Source of the DNA: a virus
IMG/VR virus record: IMGVR_UViG_3300009610_000028
Coordinates: 19,415 to 83,414 of that record
Reading direction: 5' to 3' (one strand)
Length of the DNA stretch: 64,000 nucleotides
Both the position numbers and the translations under genes were made by a program. This document shows positions 54,523 through 64,000 of this stretch, one piece after another. The first letter of the stretch is position 1. Every line of letters starts with the position of its first letter. Below the pieces are notes generated by a model. The model ran no database searches, had not been told where the DNA came from, and saw only the letters and a list, made by a program, of their open reading frames with translations.

Positions 54523-54892
54523 GATCATCTTCGAGAACCAGACCGAACCGGGATGCCGGGCTGGTCACAGTCTCTACGAGTTGATCTACCAATCCCTCAA
54601 GCTCGGCTATGCGGTAACTCCGATGCCGTTGATCCTGGCACACGCCAGCATTGACCATCAACAGTACCGCGAGGTTTGGGATTTGGAAGACGGTTGGGAC
54701 ACCTTTCATCTATTCGGTGTCATGCGGCGGGGCGTTGTGGAATGTCACGGCCCACGCTGGAAGCACATGGTCGCGTTCGACCAAGGCACTGTCTTCGATC
54801 CCGATGGCGACACCTTCCCATTTCTCCGCGAGGAGTTTGAGAAGCGCCAACTCTATCCAGTATTTCTTTGGCGAGTGGACAAGATCGCATGA
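54410..54892 (+). CDS. Cytoplasmic C39-like cysteine peptidase
   Basis: Q......QCAITAFAM (Cys), KHMVAF (His), VFDP (Asp). No signal peptide. Confidence 0.65.
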   Translation: MKLQTKPSRWQCAITAFAMALNLPVAELIEQVGHDGSEIIFENQTEPGCRAGHSLYELIYQSLKLGYAVTPMPLILAHASIDHQQYREVWDLEDGWDTFHLFGVMRRGVVECHGPRWKHMVAFDQGTVFDPDGDTFPFLREEFEKRQLYPVFLWRVDKIA

Positions 54893-55557
54893 ACCTAATG
54901 GAACATTGTAGGGCCGCTGGATTCAGCGAACCTCTCTCACGACAGAAGAACCTCGAACTCTACTCTCGACTCAAAACTGATCCCGCCGCACGTGAAGAAA
55001 TGATTATGGGCAACTTAGCCTTGGCCACCGTGAAGGTGGAATCGTTTCTCTCCGAAGTGCCGCAGATGGCTTACTACCGCGATGACTTAATCAGCGTCGC
55101 GGCATCAGCAATCATGCGGGCCGTGGACATGCTCAAGAAGAGCAACCAAAAGATCAAGAACCCCACGGGCTACATTTATCGTTCGATTGAGGTTGCACTT
55201 AGCAACGTCTCCGACGAAGAGTCCACGATCTCGATCTCACGCGAGACGAAGCGCGTTGCCCGCAAAGAGGGTAAGGACATCGACGAACCTGTGGCAATGC
55301 CGCAGAGCGCGCAAACCACACTCTTTGCTGCACTCGAAACGCCAAATGAATTGGCGCTCATGGAGTTGAAGGAAGAGATCGAAGCCTGTTGCCAGGACGA
55401 GACCGACTTGAAGATCGTTCGCATGCGTGCGGATGGTTACACCGATCAAGAGATTTGCCAAGAGACAGGCATCAACGACGCCACGATTTCTTACCGTGGC
55501 AAGAGGATCGAAGATCGCTTCGTTGAGCGATGCCCGGAGTATGGACGCCGTGCATAA
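54889..55557 (+). CDS. Sigma70-family RNA polymerase sigma factor
   Basis: AREEMIMGNLALA (2.1), DDLISVA (2.2), GYTDQEICQETG HTH (region 4). Confidence 0.78.
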   Translation: MNLMEHCRAAGFSEPLSRQKNLELYSRLKTDPAAREEMIMGNLALATVKVESFLSEVPQMAYYRDDLISVAASAIMRAVDMLKKSNQKIKNPTGYIYRSIEVALSNVSDEESTISISRETKRVARKEGKDIDEPVAMPQSAQTTLFAALETPNELALMELKEEIEACCQDETDLKIVRMRADGYTDQEICQETGINDATISYRGKRIEDRFVERCPEYGRRA

Positions 55558-56125
55558 AACAATCCTTCTCGACATCGACGGAGTGATGAACCGCTTCCAG
55601 TGGTACATCTTCCAACGGCTCGGAGTCCCGATGGACGACGAGTCACAGTATCCAGTCGAGTGCGGGTGGGACATCGTGAAGGCGGCGAACACGCTGCTTG
55701 GTTGCGAACACTACTCGAAGACATCTTTCTGGAACTCAGTCACCCGTGAGATGTGGGCCGACGTTCCACCATCTGAATTCTTCGGCTATCTGCTTGGCAT
55801 GGCCGAGTCAATGGTCGGCCAAGAGAACGTTCACTTCCTCACGTCGCCCACGCTCGACGCTGACTGCTTGGCTGGCAAAGCGGACTGGATAAAGCGGTTT
55901 GCACCCAAATGGATGCACCGCAACTTCCTGATCGGCCCACCCAAACATCTCTGTGCTCAGCCTGGCGCGGTGCTCATCGACGACGCCGACAAGAACGTCG
56001 ATGCCTTCAACGCTCATGGCGGCAAGGGAATCTTGCTGCCTCGGCCGTGGAACAGTCTTCACGGCAATGATCCGCATTTCCACGTCTCGCATGAGATCAA
56101 CAACTATGTCAGCCAAAGATTCTAA
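55541..56125 (+). CDS. HAD 5'(3')-deoxyribonucleotidase 1
   Basis: LDIDGV, FLTSP, GKADW, LIDD, PRPWN. Confidence 0.85.
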   Translation: MDAVHKTILLDIDGVMNRFQWYIFQRLGVPMDDESQYPVECGWDIVKAANTLLGCEHYSKTSFWNSVTREMWADVPPSEFFGYLLGMAESMVGQENVHFLTSPTLDADCLAGKADWIKRFAPKWMHRNFLIGPPKHLCAQPGAVLIDDADKNVDAFNAHGGKGILLPRPWNSLHGNDPHFHVSHEINNYVSQRF

Positions 56126-57212
56126 GCGCCGCGAACTGCTGCAACTCGCCGAGACCTACGCGGCCGGCAAGTTCAAGATCGCTGGCCTCTGGGTCAGCGA
56201 GAAGCTCGACGGCACACGTTGCTTTTGGGACGGCGGGATCACCCGCGAAGTCTCGACCGATCAAGTGCCGTGGGCCGGCATCCTCGATCCGAAAACCATG
56301 AAGCGGAAGGGCAAGATCAAGCCGAAAGCGACGGGCCTCTGGTCGCGCTACGGCAATCCGATCATGGCCCCGGATTCATTCCTCAATACTCTTCCTGCCT
56401 GCCCGCTAGACGGCGAACTGTGGGCGGGGCGCGGCAAGTTTCAACTCTGCCGCTCGATCTGTGCTGGTGACGAACCCGATCCACGGTTCCATCAGATTTC
56501 ATACGCGGTTTATAGCTGCCCGTCGTTTGAAGACTTCCTGATGCCTGGCCTCATCAAGAACGCCCAGATGTATTGCGACCTCAAGGCCAACGCCGTCGAG
56601 TGGGCCAACGACCGAGCTAAGAGCATCCCCGGCTTCGGCCAGGTACATGCACAGGCGACGTTCGATGAGGAGCTTATGTTCCTCCGCGAGTTTCTCGAAT
56701 CTCAGAACGACAAGGTGTTCATCCACCAGCAGTTCAAGATGCCGACCGTGGAAACGGAAGCCCTGGAGTTCGTCGAAGAGTTGCTCAACGCTGTGCTCGA
56801 CAAGGGCGGTGAGGGCCTAGTGATCCGTGACCCGGCCGCCAGGTGGATCGCGAAGCGCCACAAGGGGCTGCTCAAGTTCAAGCCCTACGAAGATTCCGAA
56901 GCCGTCATCGTCGGCTACACGTCTGGCAAGCCCGGCAAGGAAGGCAACCGCCTCGGAAAGATCGGCGCTCTCATCGTCAAGTGGGGCGAGAAGGAATTCA
57001 AGATCGCGTCGGGCCTCTCTGGCAAGACGTGGGAGTTCAAGGACCAACTCATGTCGCAGTATGCGGCCGAGCATCCTGACGAAATCATGCCCGCTCACTT
57101 TGAAGGGAAGACACTTGGCAAAGGCGACACGATCACTTTCAAATACCGAGAACTCTCTGACGACGGTGTTCCGAAAGAAGGCCGCTTCTGGCGTGTCCGT
57201 GGACTGGAGTAA
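56106..57212 (+). CDS. ATP-dependent DNA ligase
   Basis: SEKLDG, LDGELW, GEGLV, LLKFK, OB fold ending ITFKY. Confidence 0.92.
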   Translation: MSAKDSKRRELLQLAETYAAGKFKIAGLWVSEKLDGTRCFWDGGITREVSTDQVPWAGILDPKTMKRKGKIKPKATGLWSRYGNPIMAPDSFLNTLPACPLDGELWAGRGKFQLCRSICAGDEPDPRFHQISYAVYSCPSFEDFLMPGLIKNAQMYCDLKANAVEWANDRAKSIPGFGQVHAQATFDEELMFLREFLESQNDKVFIHQQFKMPTVETEALEFVEELLNAVLDKGGEGLVIRDPAARWIAKRHKGLLKFKPYEDSEAVIVGYTSGKPGKEGNRLGKIGALIVKWGEKEFKIASGLSGKTWEFKDQLMSQYAAEHPDEIMPAHFEGKTLGKGDTITFKYRELSDDGVPKEGRFWRVRGLE

Positions 57213-57615
57213 GCCGTTCACGAAGAAAGACTTCTCGCGTCTCCGAGCCGTGTGCGACGTGGTGCGCGAAGCTTTGATCGGACCCATCCCGTGCGACTAT
57301 CGTCTCGCGGGCAAGAGCAAAGAGAACGCAGCGGCTTCCTGGATTCCAGGCTCTGGCTGGTTCTTGAAGATTCACTTCTACGACGGGTTCTTCGACCGCT
57401 CACTGGAGAACCAGCTTTACACCATCGTGCATGAGCACGTTCACGTGATGGAGCAACCGACCGATCAAGCGCTTGCCCGCTGCGAGCGTTTGGTTCCCAA
57501 GAAATACCACGACGAGTATTGGGAGCGGATTCACGTCGCCCGCGAGATCACTGTCGAGCGGGCAGCCGGCGCTCTGATGCCTCTGCTACTCCCAAAGATT
57601 GCGGAGGTTCTGTGA
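57193..57615 (+). CDS. Putative zinc metallopeptidase (HExxH)
   Basis: TIVHEHVHV followed by a downstream Glu. Confidence 0.6.
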   Translation: MSVDWSKPFTKKDFSRLRAVCDVVREALIGPIPCDYRLAGKSKENAAASWIPGSGWFLKIHFYDGFFDRSLENQLYTIVHEHVHVMEQPTDQALARCERLVPKKYHDEYWERIHVAREITVERAAGALMPLLLPKIAEVL

Positions 57616-57953
57616 TTCCATTTGCAATCGCCTGTGCGATCCTCGGCGTGCTGCTAATCGTGCAGACTCACAACGCAGAGAAGTGGGAACGACTCTGCCG
57701 CGAGGCGTGGGCACGCGATGTCATCCCGCGTTCTGCATTACCCAAGTCTGATTGTGAAGCTCAGGTCGGTTCCTTGCGAGCACCGATCTACAAGCCTTTC
57801 GCAATCTTTGATGCCACGGAAACGATTGACGCTCGCGACTATTCCGTGTTGAAGGGCGGCGAAGTCATCGAAACAAGTCCGCTGCCATTCCGTGTGAGCA
57901 TGGTCAACGGCGACCGACTCTATCTCGCCTTGGACGCGAAGCGCCAGGCGTAG
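57612..57953 (+). CDS. Membrane-anchored hypothetical protein
   Basis: GGAGGT RBS, GTG start, N-terminal hydrophobic helix. Confidence 0.65.
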   Translation: MIPFAIACAILGVLLIVQTHNAEKWERLCREAWARDVIPRSALPKSDCEAQVGSLRAPIYKPFAIFDATETIDARDYSVLKGGEVIETSPLPFRVSMVNGDRLYLALDAKRQA

Positions 57954-57999
57954 CTCTTCCTGACTGATCCCCAAACCTTCTGCGCTCAAGGTGCGCCCT

Positions 58000-59082
58000 A
58001 TGTCAACAAACTTCATCGAGATCGTTCAAATCGACGCCGTAAAGGCGCACCCGAATGCTGACAAGCTGGAGCTTGCATGTATTCGTGGGTCAGAGACTGC
58101 CATCCAGAAGGGATCGTTTGTCGCTGGCGACATTGTGATTTTCTTTCCGCCGGACATGCTCATCCCGGAACACGTGGGTGAGTTACTTGGCGTCAAGAAG
58201 TATCTCAAGCACTCGATCATGGACGGATTCAAGCGGCAGTGCCGTGTGTCCGCTTGTCGTCTGCGGGGTGAGCCGAGCTACGGCTTCATCATTCCCTACT
58301 CGCATGCTCCGACCAAGGAAGCTGTGCCGGTCGGGACCAACGTCGATCACTGGTTTGACGCTCAGAAGTACGTCCCTCCAGTGCGTACTGGCTGCGAAGA
58401 GTCAGAGCGTGACGATGCCCGGTTCCACCAATACACCGGCATCGAGAAGTACGACCGTTACCCAGAGGCAATCGCTCCAGGAACGCCGGTCAGGATCACA
58501 GAGAAGATTCACGGCACAAATAGTCGTGTCGGCATCATCCAAACGCCGGCTGGTGAGTTTGAGTGGATGGCCGGCTCGCATCGTGTTCGCCGCCGCCGGC
58601 CAGAGGAGGGTAAGCGGTCACTCTACTGGTCACCGCTCGACAACCCGAAGCTGGCTGAGCTTATCACCGCGCTACACGACGGAGTTCACTCTGTCATCGT
58701 CTTCGGTGAAATCTACGGCGGCACCGTCCAAGACATGGACTATGGCGTGCCTGGTTGCACCGGCTATCGCGTCTTCGACATCTCGATTGATGGGAAGTAT
58801 GCCGACTGGTCGCTTGTGCTAAGCGCCTGCCAACAGTGCGGCATCGAACTGGTGCCGCTGCTCTACGAAGGACCGTTCAGCCACGAGCTTGTGAAAGAGC
58901 ACACCTACGGCCCCACGACTCTCGCCACACGCGAAGAGATCAAGACCAGCTTCAAAGATCGGGAAGGCTGCGTCATCACACCACTGACAGAGACATTCTA
59001 CGCCCCGACTGGCGGCCGACTGATTCTCAAGTCAGTGAGCGCTGACTACCACGACCGCAAAGGTGCTCAAGACAATGAATAG
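58000..59082 (+). CDS. RNA ligase (DRB0094/Rnl5 family)
   Basis: HPNADKLE OB domain, TEKIHGTN, FGEIYG, FDI, REG, LK motifs. Confidence 0.92.
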   Translation: MSTNFIEIVQIDAVKAHPNADKLELACIRGSETAIQKGSFVAGDIVIFFPPDMLIPEHVGELLGVKKYLKHSIMDGFKRQCRVSACRLRGEPSYGFIIPYSHAPTKEAVPVGTNVDHWFDAQKYVPPVRTGCEESERDDARFHQYTGIEKYDRYPEAIAPGTPVRITEKIHGTNSRVGIIQTPAGEFEWMAGSHRVRRRRPEEGKRSLYWSPLDNPKLAELITALHDGVHSVIVFGEIYGGTVQDMDYGVPGCTGYRVFDISIDGKYADWSLVLSACQQCGIELVPLLYEGPFSHELVKEHTYGPTTLATREEIKTSFKDREGCVITPLTETFYAPTGGRLILKSVSADYHDRKGAQDNE

Positions 59083-59587
59083 ACAAATCCTTCTGGACAT
59101 GGACGGGGTGATCGTCGATCTCCCCTGCCCGGTCCCGGCCACTCCCGACGAACTACTCCAGTTCTATCGCGGCGAGTTAGCTCAAGATCGGGACAAGGTG
59201 TGGCAGGGCATCGACGCCGACTGGTGGGCCTATCTGCCCTGGACCAACAACGGCAAGGAAATCCTAGCTCTCTGCGAGAAGTGGGTTGGCAAAGAGAACG
59301 TCGTTCTCTGTTCATACCCGTGCAACGCGGAATCCGCCGCCGGCAAGATTCTGTGGATCGAACACAACATGCCGGATTATGCGTTCCGGTACATCTTGAC
59401 GCCTCAGAAGTACCAGATCGCCAGCCCACGAATGCTCTTGCTGGATGACAACGACAAGAACGTGAGGCTGTTTCGCAGTGAGGGTGGCGCTGCACTGCTC
59501 TGTCCCCGTCCCTGGAACACGAACGCGAACCTAGCCGATGACTGCGCCAAGTTCATCGACGTGATGCTGGAGAACATGACCGCATGA
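59075..59587 (+). CDS. HAD 5'(3')-deoxyribonucleotidase 2
   Basis: LDMDGV, GKILW, LLDD, PRPWN. Paralogue of 55541..56125. Confidence 0.85.
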   Translation: MNRQILLDMDGVIVDLPCPVPATPDELLQFYRGELAQDRDKVWQGIDADWWAYLPWTNNGKEILALCEKWVGKENVVLCSYPCNAESAAGKILWIEHNMPDYAFRYILTPQKYQIASPRMLLLDDNDKNVRLFRSEGGAALLCPRPWNTNANLADDCAKFIDVMLENMTA

Positions 59588-60060
59588 CCCAATACGTTCT
59601 GTGCTATGCCGTGCCTGACACCATCGACTGGGACGACGTGCTTCTGATTGAGAAGCTCAAGCCTGAATGGCAACGCGGGAAGCTCAACCTTCCCGGCGGC
59701 AAGATCGAGGAAAACGAGTCGATCCACGAGGCTGCCTCTCGCGAGCTTCGAGAAGAGACCGGCATCTACTGCGGTCTCAATGACATCACGCTGCTCGGTC
59801 GCATCTACGGCGAGTGGGGCGATTGCTATGTGTGCCACTGCGTCTATCGCGACAACCAGCATTGGGAGCAGAAGGAAGCCGAGAAGCTCGTCAACCTGAA
59901 CTACTCAGACGCGATCCGCGACGAGCGACTCATCGACAATCTGCGGCTCATCATTCCCTGGTGCCGCTGCGAGCTAAATGGCTGGTCACTTTACCAGGGA
60001 CCAATGCACTATCCGAATCAATGGGAGATCAAGCACGATGCGGAAACCGAAGTATCTTAG
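59584..60060 (+). CDS. Nudix hydrolase
   Basis: GGKIEENESIHEAASRELREETG Nudix box. Confidence 0.93.
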   Translation: MTQYVLCYAVPDTIDWDDVLLIEKLKPEWQRGKLNLPGGKIEENESIHEAASRELREETGIYCGLNDITLLGRIYGEWGDCYVCHCVYRDNQHWEQKEAEKLVNLNYSDAIRDERLIDNLRLIIPWCRCELNGWSLYQGPMHYPNQWEIKHDAETEVS

Positions 60061-61030
60061 TCATTCGTCCCTGACACTGTGGGGCAAGGACAAGGAAGAG
60101 TTTTTCATCAAGCACCTGGCCGAGACGCGGGCCGCCAGGATCAAGCAAGAGAACTACATGGCGGTTGGTGCTGGCTTCGATGCCTTCGCCAAGTCTGCCC
60201 TGCATGAAGCGCTCTTCGGCGCTGGCTCGGACCCACAGTTCGAGTTCACCGCGATCTTTGAGACGCAAGTCGAGCCACACAATCGAGACTTCTGCCGCGA
60301 GGCGGGTCAGTACGTCTTCGATTGCTACAAGCTCAGCGGGGCCTACGACGAGCTTCTCGCGATGCTCCAGAAGTCGAAAGAGTCACCGCGATTCGAGTTC
60401 TCTGTGGAAGGCGTGCTCAATGGCCAGGTGCCGTTCCTCGGCAAACCTGACTGCCGGTTTATCCACGAGTGCGGCGTCCACGTCATTCTCGATTGGAAGG
60501 TCAAGAGCTTTTGCAGTGCCTACGCGGCCAGCCCTTCCAAGAACTATCGCCTCTGTCGCGATGGTTGGATCGGGAAGCAAAGCAAGAGTAACAATACGGC
60601 GCATAAGAACTATGTGCCCTACGACCATCACGGCTTCGAGATCAACAAGTCGTACATGGAAGAAGCCAACGACGATTACGCCGACCAGCTTTGCACCTAC
60701 GGGTGGCTGCTCGGTGAGAAGATCGGCGACGAAGAGGTCGTGGTCTGCATTGACGAGATCGTGGCAAAGCCAATGCCGGAAGGCAAGCCGCAGTTGCGTA
60801 TCGCCAATCATCGCGCCCGCGTGAGTGCTCAGCATCAAATGAGCGTGCTCAATCGTGCGGCCGATTGTTGGGACGCGATCAGCAGTGGCTACATCTTCCG
60901 AGACCGCAGCCGCGAGGAAAGCGACGAGCGCTGCGTGCAACTCGAACGTAAGGTGGCGATGCTCGCTTCCGATGGTTCAGTTGAAGATGAACTCTACGCC
61001 CAGATGGCGAGGCCACAGTCATACCGATGA
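60038..61030 (+). CDS. PD-(D/E)XK (RecB/Cas4-like) exonuclease
   Basis: LSHSSL, GKPD, ILDWK, QLCTY. Confidence 0.8.
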   Translation: MRKPKYLSHSSLTLWGKDKEEFFIKHLAETRAARIKQENYMAVGAGFDAFAKSALHEALFGAGSDPQFEFTAIFETQVEPHNRDFCREAGQYVFDCYKLSGAYDELLAMLQKSKESPRFEFSVEGVLNGQVPFLGKPDCRFIHECGVHVILDWKVKSFCSAYAASPSKNYRLCRDGWIGKQSKSNNTAHKNYVPYDHHGFEINKSYMEEANDDYADQLCTYGWLLGEKIGDEEVVVCIDEIVAKPMPEGKPQLRIANHRARVSAQHQMSVLNRAADCWDAISSGYIFRDRSREESDERCVQLERKVAMLASDGSVEDELYAQMARPQSYR

Positions 61031-61497
61031 GTTTTGAAATGCGTCCATCCGAAGCGCGGGACGCACATTACCTCATAGACATCGACACGAAATGTTTCTT
61101 CTACGCCTGGACGCCCGAAGAGTGGCGTCAGGTGAGCCAAGAGTGTCTGGCTACCGTTGTCACTTTTAACGGTGAGCCAATCGCGATGGCAGTCTTCGGG
61201 AAGAATCCTGATGGCGATGTTGAGATCGTAAAGGTGGCCGTCAAGCAAGCCTTCCGCCTTCGCGGAGTCAGCCGGCGGCTCATCTACAACTGTGCTCTCT
61301 ATGCCCGCGAGATCGGGGCAGCAGCCCTGGTCATGTTGATCCCGGAGTATCGTTTGCGACCCGGCGATCCTGACGACCTGAGTGTCTGGCTCGGCAAGCT
61401 CGGCTTCCGCGCTACGACCATCTTCCGCAAAGAGTTCCACGCCTACGGTCGCGATGAAGACGGCGTGCAGTTTTCCATACCCATCCCCTTGAGTTGA
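61027..61497 (+). CDS. GNAT acetyltransferase (RimI-like)
   Basis: VAVKQAFRLRGVSRRLI acetyl-CoA motif, KLGF, DEDG. Confidence 0.8.
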   Translation: MSFEMRPSEARDAHYLIDIDTKCFFYAWTPEEWRQVSQECLATVVTFNGEPIAMAVFGKNPDGDVEIVKVAVKQAFRLRGVSRRLIYNCALYAREIGAAALVMLIPEYRLRPGDPDDLSVWLGKLGFRATTIFRKEFHAYGRDEDGVQFSIPIPLS

Positions 61498-61500
61498 TTC

Positions 61501-61830
61501 ATGTCAAGACGCACATACCTGGAGTACCAGGACACTCAGACAGCCATCCGCAAACCGAAGAAAACGTTCGGCGATGCGATGGAGATGCTCAAACGAGCGA
61601 TCAAGAAGCGAGCCATTCAGCTTGGCCACATCATCGTTCCGAAGCCCGCTAACTACTGGTGGGAATACTTCGTGCCCACGCCTTGCGACAAGGGCACGCT
61701 CATGCAGGTTGGCTTCATCAAAGGAACAACCAAGAGTGAAGCCCGTGCTCGGCTCAAGCGTGAGTTGAAGATGAAGAAGCGGCTTCCGCCAGGCACCAAG
61801 CTCGTAAGGAGCGGCGATGCAGATTGCTAG
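61501..61830 (+). CDS. Basic hypothetical protein
   Basis: ORF, K/R-rich, TKSEARARLK. Confidence 0.65.
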   Translation: MSRRTYLEYQDTQTAIRKPKKTFGDAMEMLKRAIKKRAIQLGHIIVPKPANYWWEYFVPTPCDKGTLMQVGFIKGTTKSEARARLKRELKMKKRLPPGTKLVRSGDADC

Positions 61831-62047
61831 TCAAGCTCTGGCCCGCATCAAGGAGTCTCCGATGCGGGGTGAAGGCATTGCCACCATCTTCGAGGCAATG
61901 GCTGGCGCTCTCAAGTTCGGGTCACCAACTGCTCACTTCGCGTTGGATTTTCAGCATCCCGATGACGTGCTGAACGACTCCGATCTCATCCCGGTCATCA
62001 CTCTATCTCTCAGGCCCGCACGGGTAACGGAAAGCACCCACGAGTAA
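61817..62047 (+). CDS. Hypothetical protein
   Basis: AAGGAG RBS, TAATG coupling to nrdJ. Confidence 0.65.
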   Translation: MQIASQALARIKESPMRGEGIATIFEAMAGALKFGSPTAHFALDFQHPDDVLNDSDLIPVITLSLRPARVTESTHE

Positions 62048-63747
62048 TGTTTCAATCCGAAGTGAACCCAATGTTCCGCTCGAAGTTCAGCGAGGACATT
62101 TTCAACGCCAAGTATCGGCATACTGGCTGCGAGACGTGGGCGAAGCTGGCCGAGGTTCTGGTTGACGACGTTTGCGGAAAGGTTGGTGATAAGCATCCAC
62201 AACTACTGACTGATGACGAGATCAAGACGCTCAAGCAGTACATCACCGATCTCAAGTTCATCCCCGGCGGTCGCTATCTCTATTACGCAGGTCGCGGCAA
62301 GAAGTTCTTCAACAACTGCTACCTCCTGAAAGCTGAGGAAGATAGCCGCGAAGACTGGGCCAACCTGTCATGGAAGGCTGAGTCCTGCCTGATGACTGGC
62401 GGCGGGATCGGCATCGACTACTCGATCTATCGCAAGAGCAACTCGGTTCTATCTGGCACCGGCGGCCTGGCCTCTGGGCCGATTCCGAAGATGCTGATGA
62501 TTAACGAGATCGGCCGCAACGTGATGCAGGGCGGCTCTCGCCGATCTGCGATCTACGCTTCTCTCAACTGGAAGCATGGCGATGTTGACAAGTTCCTGAC
62601 CGTCAAGAACTGGGACAAGATCGGAGTGCCGGGCACGAAGCTCACGCTCGCCGATCTCAAGCAGCTTGACTTCAACTGGCCAGCGCCGTTGGACATGACC
62701 AACATCAGTGTCAACTATGACACGGATTGGTATCTCCAATACTGCAAGACGAAAGACCCTGGCGAAGTCTTTATGAAGAACCTGTTGCAGGCCGTCTCCT
62801 CGGCCGAGCCAGGATTCTCATTCAACTTCTTCGAGCAAGAGGCGGACACACTCCGCAACGCTTGTACCGAAGTGGTTAGTGCCGACGACTCCGATGTCTG
62901 CAATCTCGGCAGCATTAACATGGGTCGCATCGCAACGATTGAAGAGTTCAAACAAGTCTGCGAACTGGCCACGAAGTTTCTAGTCTGCGGCACACTGCGG
63001 GCTGATCTGCCCTACGAGAAGGTCTATAAGGTGCGCGAGAAGAATCGCCGCCTGGGCCTCGGTCTGATGGGCATCCACGAATGGATGCTGCAACGTGGCT
63101 ATCGCTACGAAGTCACGCCAGAGCTTCACGACTGGCTGCGGTTCTACCGGGGCATGACGAACAAGGTCTCAACCGAGTTCTCCGACAAGCTCTCGATTTC
63201 GCGGCCCATTGCCAAACGCGCGATCGCGCCTACAGGCACGATTGGCATCTTGGCGGGCACGAGCACTGGCATAGAACCGATCTTCGCGGTTGCGTACAAG
63301 CGCCGCTACCTGCGAGAGGGTACGAAGTGGCACTACCAATACGTGGTTGATTCGGCCGCCCAAGAGTTGATCCAACTCTACGGCCTCAATCCTGAGAAGG
63401 TGGAAAGCGCACTCGACCTGGCAGACGACTATGAGCGCCGAATGAAGGTCCAGGCCGACGTACAGGATTACGTTGACCAGGCCATTAGCTCGACGATCAA
63501 CCTGCCGAAGTGGGGCAGCAAGCACAACAGCCCCGACACAGTGAAGGACTTCGCGATCACGCTTGCGAAGTATGCCCCGCGTCTTCGCGGCTTCACTTGC
63601 TATCCCGATGGTGCTCGCGGCGGACAGCCGTTGACATCGGTGAGCTACTCCGAAGCGGTCGAGAACCTTGGCAAAGAGTTCGAGGAAGCCGTGGAGACCC
63701 ATGACATCTGCTCGCTAACCGGGCATGGAGGAGTGTGCGGAGTATGA
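62047..63747 (+). CDS. nrdJ: Class II (B12-dependent) ribonucleotide reductase
   Basis: PGGR, NNCY, GGGIG, RRSA, NACTE, CNLGS, APTGT motifs, C-terminal Cys pair. No beta-subunit gene adjacent. Confidence 0.9.
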   Translation: MFQSEVNPMFRSKFSEDIFNAKYRHTGCETWAKLAEVLVDDVCGKVGDKHPQLLTDDEIKTLKQYITDLKFIPGGRYLYYAGRGKKFFNNCYLLKAEEDSREDWANLSWKAESCLMTGGGIGIDYSIYRKSNSVLSGTGGLASGPIPKMLMINEIGRNVMQGGSRRSAIYASLNWKHGDVDKFLTVKNWDKIGVPGTKLTLADLKQLDFNWPAPLDMTNISVNYDTDWYLQYCKTKDPGEVFMKNLLQAVSSAEPGFSFNFFEQEADTLRNACTEVVSADDSDVCNLGSINMGRIATIEEFKQVCELATKFLVCGTLRADLPYEKVYKVREKNRRLGLGLMGIHEWMLQRGYRYEVTPELHDWLRFYRGMTNKVSTEFSDKLSISRPIAKRAIAPTGTIGILAGTSTGIEPIFAVAYKRRYLREGTKWHYQYVVDSAAQELIQLYGLNPEKVESALDLADDYERRMKVQADVQDYVDQAISSTINLPKWGSKHNSPDTVKDFAITLAKYAPRLRGFTCYPDGARGGQPLTSVSYSEAVENLGKEFEEAVETHDICSLTGHGGVCGV

Positions 63748-64000
63748 GCATCGACCAAATGCTCAGGAATCTCTATCGGTTTGCGGCCATCAACTCAGAC
63801 GATCTCTCCAACCAGAACGCGGCTCTGCTGCTCGACGGTAGTGAGATCGTGTCGATTGCCTGCAACAAGATTCCTGATGGCGTGGTCAAGACGCCAGAGC
63901 GTATCTCGCAGCGGCCCATGAAGTACGCCTTCATCGAGCACGCCGAGCGGGGCGCGATCTACGAAGCGGCCCGCAAGGGCCACAAGACTGAGGGCCTCAC
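63744..64000 (+). CDS. dCMP deaminase, 3'-truncated by the window edge
   Basis: MSIDQMLRNLY...KYAFIEHAERGAIYEAARKG with HAE motif. ATGA overlap. Not in the ORF track. Confidence 0.85.
   Translation, partial: MSIDQMLRNLYRFAAINSDDLSNQNAALLLDGSEIVSIACNKIPDGVVKTPERISQRPMKYAFIEHAERGAIYEAARKGHKTEGL

Larger units (their letters stand above)
1..64000. mobile_element. Tailed bacteriophage genome segment (siphovirus-like)
   Basis: Terminase, portal, scaffold, capsid, tail tube, tape measure and phage replication genes in modular order. No host housekeeping genes or integrase seen. Confidence 0.97.

Noticed and set aside
60038-61030. Cas4-like nuclease as evidence of CRISPR-Cas
   Set aside because: No repeat-spacer array or other cas genes seen. 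Solo PD-(D/E)XK exonucleases are common in phage replication modules.
1-64000. Stop-codon reassignment
   Set aside because: Standard code 11 gives full-length, densely tiled genes using all three stops, and no suppressor tRNA is seen.

Overview
The whole 64 kb window is a large tailed-phage genome segment, probably a siphovirus (tape measure, tail-tube genes, no sheath). I see no host genes, integrase, CRISPR array or reverse transcriptase. 1-35.6 kb (+) is a late region: a cassette of papain-like peptidases, membrane proteins and a thioredoxin lipoprotein; accessory virion genes; GpA-type terminase; portal; about 7 kb of head-fibre/decoration genes; scaffold; major capsid; neck; two paralogous tail tubes; a chaperone with a probable -1 frameshift; tape measure; tail tip; and ClpP. 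It ends at a bidirectional terminator. 35.6-39.8 kb (-) holds a DEDDh exonuclease, a dNMP kinase and a primase-helicase. A divergent control region at 39.8-40.2 kb carries two copies of one bipartite promoter-like motif. 40.2-64 kb (+) holds early/replication genes: two ParB-like proteins, SNF2-like helicase, metallophosphoesterase, glycosyltransferase, tRNA-Asn, PolA, sigma factor, DNA and RNA ligases, nucleotidases, Nudix, class II RNR and dCMP deaminase. The most notable observations are (i) a NxWYxxxAxVACY leader shared by scaffold and capsid, (ii) a peptidase/thioredoxin envelope cassette with no recognisable glycan-cleaving endolysin, (iii) anchor-polymer-tip module logic in the fibre genes, (iv) a tRNA-shaped RNA with a greatly extended anticodon arm and a separate 136-nt multibranch RNA, and (v) a ThyX-like protein lacking its catalytic signature. 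All calls come from reading motifs by eye; no database search was run. A Planctomycetota-like host is only an inference.
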